This document shows positions 59,400 through 64,000 of a stretch of DNA of 64,000 nt, piece by piece. The translations under genes and the position numbers were made by a program. Source of the DNA: an uncultured archaeon (GTDB lineage: Archaea > Asgardarchaeota > Lokiarchaeia > Sigyniarchaeales > SOKP01); assembly GCA_964486045.1 (NCBI GenBank), contig CAZALK010000007.1:1-64000 (forward strand). Direction: 5' to 3'. Numbering within the stretch: the first letter of the stretch is position 1; each line of letters opens with the position of its first letter. The notes beneath the pieces were generated by a model. That model worked only from the letters and a program-made list of their open reading frames with translations. It was not told where the DNA came from and ran no database searches.

Positions 59400-60116
59400 A
59401 TGACAAATGAAATAAAAAGAAACAAAAAGAATAATCCCATCTATATAATTGATAATTTTTCAGTTAACTTTCAAACAGATCGATTAAGAAGCTTGGTGGA
59501 AATTTTTAGTCAAAAGATCCCTGATACTAGTGTGAAGGTTATCCATTATTCTCAAGTCAATATGGATATTTTGAAGTCTAGCAGTGGGATAATTCTCACA
59601 GGCTCAGAAATCAATGTATCTGAGTTTTATGACAATAAAACCTTACGAAACAAATTTAAATTAGTGCTAAAACTAATTAAAAAAGCTAAAAACATACCAA
59701 TATTAGCAATTTGTTTTGGTTTCCATTTAACTGGCTTTGCCTTTAATGGGAAAGTATATCGAATGAGTAACCCCCACGATGGTGGAAGAATCATCCCACT
59801 TTTGTTAAACAAAACTGATAAGTTGATTGGGCATAAAAAAATATGTGTAGATATTCAACACCGAGACTTTATACCCCCAGATGACCGTCAAATACTAAAG
59901 AAATTTGAAATAATTACAACTAAAGTTCTTTATGGTTATAATACAATCCAATATATGCGTCATATAATTAGACCAATTTATTCAGTTCAATTTCATCCTG
60001 AAACTCACCTTGTAAATCATACCTATAGAAATCAAGAGGATGTAGAAATTATTGAAAAAGCACAACAACACGGGGCAGAAATTATAATAAATTTTGTAAA
60101 TATCTGTAATCAATAA
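59400..60116 (+). CDS. Class I glutamine amidotransferase
   Basis: IIDN, GIILTGS, PILAICFG (nucleophile Cys), VQFHPE. Confidence 0.9.
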   Translation: MTNEIKRNKKNNPIYIIDNFSVNFQTDRLRSLVEIFSQKIPDTSVKVIHYSQVNMDILKSSSGIILTGSEINVSEFYDNKTLRNKFKLVLKLIKKAKNIPILAICFGFHLTGFAFNGKVYRMSNPHDGGRIIPLLLNKTDKLIGHKKICVDIQHRDFIPPDDRQILKKFEIITTKVLYGYNTIQYMRHIIRPIYSVQFHPETHLVNHTYRNQEDVEIIEKAQQHGAEIIINFVNICNQ

Positions 60117-60243
60117 AATATAGCAAAAACTAATGTTTTATTGGCACGATTCTCAAAAATTTTAATACCAACATATGATTTATAAACCAATGTAGAATCT
60201 TAAAAAACAGTATAATCTGAACCTTTTTGGAGATTTTTATAGA

Positions 60244-61599
60244 ATGAGCATATATGCCGATGATGTTGTAAGTTTTACTTCAGTGTTGAAAATTGCTTAT
60301 AATTTCTTAACAGGAAGAGACTATTTACAAAAAAAAAGGAATAATGAAAAAAAAAAGTTAATTTCGGTGGCTTTAGGCTTGCCAGACCTAGTTTTTGCGG
60401 CAGATTCCATTCCCGTATTTCCAATTCGATTGGAGAAATTTAAACTTAATTTATATCTAATAGCCCTGAATACGGCAAAAAACTTATTTGGGTGGGATAT
60501 AACAACAAACCTCTTAGGTATTGCGCGTCAACTTGATTTCTTAAAAATAGTTGATACGATAATAAATGATGTAATAAGCACCATAAATGTTAAATACAAT
60601 AAAATGTATGAGTTAGGAATAAAGGATAGCAAAGCTTCTGAATTATGTTATGGCGTGCACTCTATTTATGGAATGCATAAATCTCAATATGAGAATTTAG
60701 ATGCAAACTTAAATTTTACATTGCGGTGTGATGAATGTAATACTTATTCTGGATCTTTGAAAACTATGATACCAAATCAAATTTGGGTTAATATTCCACA
60801 AGAGAGAGATGGAAAAGTTTTAGATATAATGAAGAATAATATTGAACAGGCTATAGTTGAATTAGAGCTTACTACAGGCAATATTGTGACTGACAACAGT
60901 TTAAAAAAACAATTCCGTATTGGAAACCAAGTTAAGAGATATTATAGAACAATTCTACATGAAATTGGTGAATCAGACTTTTATCCTTGTAACCCTGCGA
61001 CATTCGCTGAAATTCTAGGGCTTCTTACAATTTCATTTCAGGATTATAATTCTAATGCTCAGAGATATTTAGAAAACTTAAGTCAATTAGTAAAAGAGAT
61101 GAGAGAAAGAATAAAGAAGGGCATAGGTATGGATGTTTCAAACACCCCTCGACTGCTCATCTCCCCAATATTTAATGGATGGGAGCCAGCAATTCATGAA
61201 ATTATATATAAATTTGGTGGTAGATCCATTTATGCTGATTGGGATGTTTTAGGATTACTGGATGAGATTCAAGTTTCGAAAGATTCAGATCCCATAGAAG
61301 ACTATGCTCGATATCTTTTAAATGCTTCATATAAGGGAATTCAATGTTTAAAAAATTGCGCTACACTAGCTAATTCATATTCAGGATACATTAAAAAACG
61401 AGGGTTTGATGGAGTCATTTTCAATCAAGTCTCGGACTGTTATTCAAATTACTCAAGCTGTTATGAATTATTAAAAAATAAAATAAGGAATGAATTGAGA
61501 AAACCGACAGTTGTAGTAAAGTTTAAGAAAATAGGGGAAAATATAGAAGAAGTAAAGACTAAATTGACTCCTTTTATGAATAGGTTTACAAAACCTTAA
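60244..61599 (+). CDS. 2-hydroxyacyl-CoA dehydratase subunit paralog (HGD-D family)
   Basis: Full-length paralog of 56460-57827 (L.GRDYL.KK, CYG, SDFYPCNPATF.EIL, GIGMDVS). Confidence 0.85.
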   Translation: MSIYADDVVSFTSVLKIAYNFLTGRDYLQKKRNNEKKKLISVALGLPDLVFAADSIPVFPIRLEKFKLNLYLIALNTAKNLFGWDITTNLLGIARQLDFLKIVDTIINDVISTINVKYNKMYELGIKDSKASELCYGVHSIYGMHKSQYENLDANLNFTLRCDECNTYSGSLKTMIPNQIWVNIPQERDGKVLDIMKNNIEQAIVELELTTGNIVTDNSLKKQFRIGNQVKRYYRTILHEIGESDFYPCNPATFAEILGLLTISFQDYNSNAQRYLENLSQLVKEMRERIKKGIGMDVSNTPRLLISPIFNGWEPAIHEIIYKFGGRSIYADWDVLGLLDEIQVSKDSDPIEDYARYLLNASYKGIQCLKNCATLANSYSGYIKKRGFDGVIFNQVSDCYSNYSSCYELLKNKIRNELRKPTVVVKFKKIGENIEEVKTKLTPFMNRFTKP

Positions 61600-62212
61600 T
61601 TACATGCCAAAGAAATCTGATGGTTTTAACAGATGTTGACCCTCTTCCTCTTCCTTTTTTCTTTTATCTATTTCTGCTTGGTCACTGGGATCAACCCATT
61701 CTTCCTCACTACCTGCTGCCTTTGCACCACCAGGACGTTTAAGACCTGGGGGATTTAAGTTGGTACCTGCGGAAATTTGTTCAGGTTGTTGTGCAACAGA
61801 TCCAGCTTGAGTAGGTACATAAGTTATTCCTCCAGATTTCAAGAATTTTAATTCACTCATAACTTTTTCTAAATTCATTGTTTGTACACTTTTATTCATC
61901 GTATCCATTATTTCTTTTAAGGATTTTGACGTTTCTCGTAGACCTTTTGGGTTAATTCCTGTTAATAATGAATCTAAATTCGCAGTGATACTTTCATTTA
62001 ACTCACCTAACGATTCCAATACAGTGCTCCAATGTTTATTCATCTGAGATTCAATGGCGCTAATCATCTTGATAGTTTCATTCATGAAATTCGCGGGATC
62101 ACGAAATCAGGCGTAACCCTTTCACGTGCGCCTCGTATCTCTCCTCGTCCTTCGCACGTAAATCTGATATCAACATTATCAGTTTACGTAAAGCATCTTT
62201 CTCTTCACTCAT
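61600..62212 (-). CDS. Hypothetical coiled-coil protein with an apparent +1 frameshift near 62104-62106
   Basis: ATG 62212 ORF (MSEEKDALRKLI...) stops at 62101-62099. The 161-aa ORF 62085-61600 continues one base out of frame. Confidence 0.6.
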
Positions 62213-62450
62213 AAATATTCACTTTTTATCATTTCTAATAATAGTAATAACAATTTTATAATTTATATTTATGTACTTCTATAGATTCTTTACTAGTGCA
62301 TTGGGTAGTGAAGAAATGAAGAGGGCTTGAATATCAAATATTAAATTTTAGACCATGATATATGTCTAAAGAAATATGTTCTGAAATCTGGGCTTTGCTA
62401 AATAAACTCAAGAAATTATAAATTAATCAATATTTTGCTTATTTGATACT

Positions 62451-62744
62451 TTAAAACTCACGTCTATTAGAGTTTAATTCTTTTTTAATTATATTTATTT
62501 TTTCTAACAGCTCCTTAGTGATTACTTCTGTCTCTATGACTTCTTTCAATTTATTAAGATTCTTTAGCGATTCTGGCAATTTGTCTATTGGGTTAAAGCG
62601 AATATTAAGAATTTCAAGTGACTCTAGCGTCCCAACTGAGATTGGTAATTCAGAAATATTGTTTAGAGATAAATCCAGTTCTTTTAAAATACTCCCCATA
62701 ATAGGAGCATTAATTGCTTTAATTTCAATATTCACACCAGCCAC
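62451..62744 (-). pseudogene. LRR protein C-terminal fragment
   Basis: LKELDLSLNNISELPISVGTLESLEILNIRFNPIDKLPESLKNL: only about 2.5 repeats, no convincing N-terminus. Confidence 0.6.
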
Positions 62745-63029
62745 ATTAAATATTAGTGGTGATAGGACGGTTTATATATGGATGACTCAGTTAGCTGTGG
62801 AAGTTATATAATTGATCATATTTCCCCTAGGATGAGTATTGACGTCAAGCCTCATTCTTTAACAATTTTCAAGTTTAAAAAAGAGTAAATTAGCAATTTC
62901 AACTATTTATTTCGAGGAGCGAATTAAGATCTTTCCAAATTTAACAGAACAAAAAGAATTTATTTTATAAGCTAAGAAATCTAATTTCTATTCATCAGTT
63001 TAACAAATTAAATGAGAGCCCAATGGAAA

Positions 63030-64000
63030 ATGTCTATAAAACACCAGCCATGGCAACCCAATCCAAAAATATATGAGATTAACACTTGGCCATGGCTTAA
63101 ATACCTATCAGAAATATATAATAAGCCTGTTACTCTACAAAACATCCCAGAAGAGATTTACCGTAAAAATATTAATTTATTTGACGCGATATGGTTAATG
63201 GGGGTATGGGAGAGAAGCCCAGCAAGCAAGAAAATTGCTTTTGAAAATCCTGATTTACAGAATGAGTACCATAAAGCTTTACACGAATTTCGGGATGAAG
63301 ATGTAATTGGTTCACCCTATTCTGTTTATTATTACCATGTAGATAAGAGTATAGGCGGATTTGAAGGCTTGAAAAAAGTACGACATCAATTATCTGAACA
63401 AATTATTAAGCTATTACTTGATTATGTTCCTAATCATATATCTATTGATTCACTCTGGACATTAGAATCTAATCTATTTATCCAAGGAACATTGGAGGAT
63501 CTTATGAGAAGACCGAATGATTTTTTTAGTCTTTCAGGAAAGATTTTTGCTAATGGACGAGATCCCAATTTTCCTGGTTGGTCCGACACTATTCAAATTA
63601 ATGCCTTTTCAAAAGAAGCACGGCAAAAGACGATTAACACATTATTAAGTATTGCTGAAATATGTGATGGGGTTCGTTGTGACATGGCAATGCTAATGAT
63701 AAACAAAATTTTTAGTAAAACTTGGGGTGAAAAAGCAGGACCCATACCCGAAAAAGAGTTTTGGGAGGAGATCATAACAGCTGTTAAGAATAAATATCCG
63801 GATTTTTTATTTATTGCTGAAGTCTATTGGGATATGGAATGGGAACTACAACAACAAGGTTTTGATTTTTGCTATGATAAACGTTTGTATGAAAGGTTTG
63901 CTCATGATAATGTAAATAGCATAACAGAACATCTTAAGGCGGATATAAGCTATCAAAATAAACTCGTTCGGTTTATTGAAAATCATGATGAGATTAGAGC
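63030..64000 (+). CDS. GH13 alpha-amylase family glycoside hydrolase (3'-truncated)
   Basis: Translated manually: IYEINTW.W, DAIWLMGVWERS, GSPYSV, LDYVPNH, DGVRCDMAM, FIAEVYW, RFIENHDE. Alternative ATG at 63012. Confidence 0.9.
   Translation, partial: MSIKHQPWQPNPKIYEINTWPWLKYLSEIYNKPVTLQNIPEEIYRKNINLFDAIWLMGVWERSPASKKIAFENPDLQNEYHKALHEFRDEDVIGSPYSVYYYHVDKSIGGFEGLKKVRHQLSEQIIKLLLDYVPNHISIDSLWTLESNLFIQGTLEDLMRRPNDFFSLSGKIFANGRDPNFPGWSDTIQINAFSKEARQKTINTLLSIAEICDGVRCDMAMLMINKIFSKTWGEKAGPIPEKEFWEEIITAVKNKYPDFLFIAEVYWDMEWELQQQGFDFCYDKRLYERFAHDNVNSITEHLKADISYQNKLVRFIENHDEIR

Noticed and set aside
1-64000. CRISPR arrays, tRNA/rRNA genes, transposases/integrases, inteins in RadA or AtpA
   Set aside because: None recognised by eye. 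RadA and both AtpA copies are normal length. The LRR and Thr-run periodicities are coding repeats.

Overview
AT-rich archaeal window, most likely an Asgard Lokiarchaeia/Promethearchaeia genome. This is inferred from archaeal RadA, tRNA splicing endonuclease EndA, an A1Ao ATPase operon and an 'EFWGHCSN..W' + LRR protein. The left 28.5 kb is a single giant ORF open from base 1 (>=9,498 aa, 5' end outside the window). It has an acidic, extracellular-like beta-rich body with nested domain insertions, several hydrophobic helices and a basic C-terminal region ending in an HNH nuclease motif, and an LRR gene follows directly. This resembles a giant polymorphic toxin plus immunity pair, and an orphan HNH fragment lies at ~37.0-37.3 kb. 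The middle holds housekeeping genes (radA, OsmC, PfkB, MEMO1, endA, Usp) and a complete A-type ATPase operon with a second, divergent A subunit. The right holds a 2-hydroxyacyl-CoA dehydratase/activator cluster, a GATase and a GH13 gene running off the end. Top finding: the dehydratase activator gene is interrupted just before its [4Fe-4S] Cys codon by a 27-nt stop-containing insert (54809-54835). The insert folds into a canonical bulge-helix-bulge, and cleavage at the standard EndA positions exactly restores the MNDKCAAGTG motif. It is therefore a candidate EndA-spliced protein-coding (mRNA) intron. All analysis was by eye; no searches were run.
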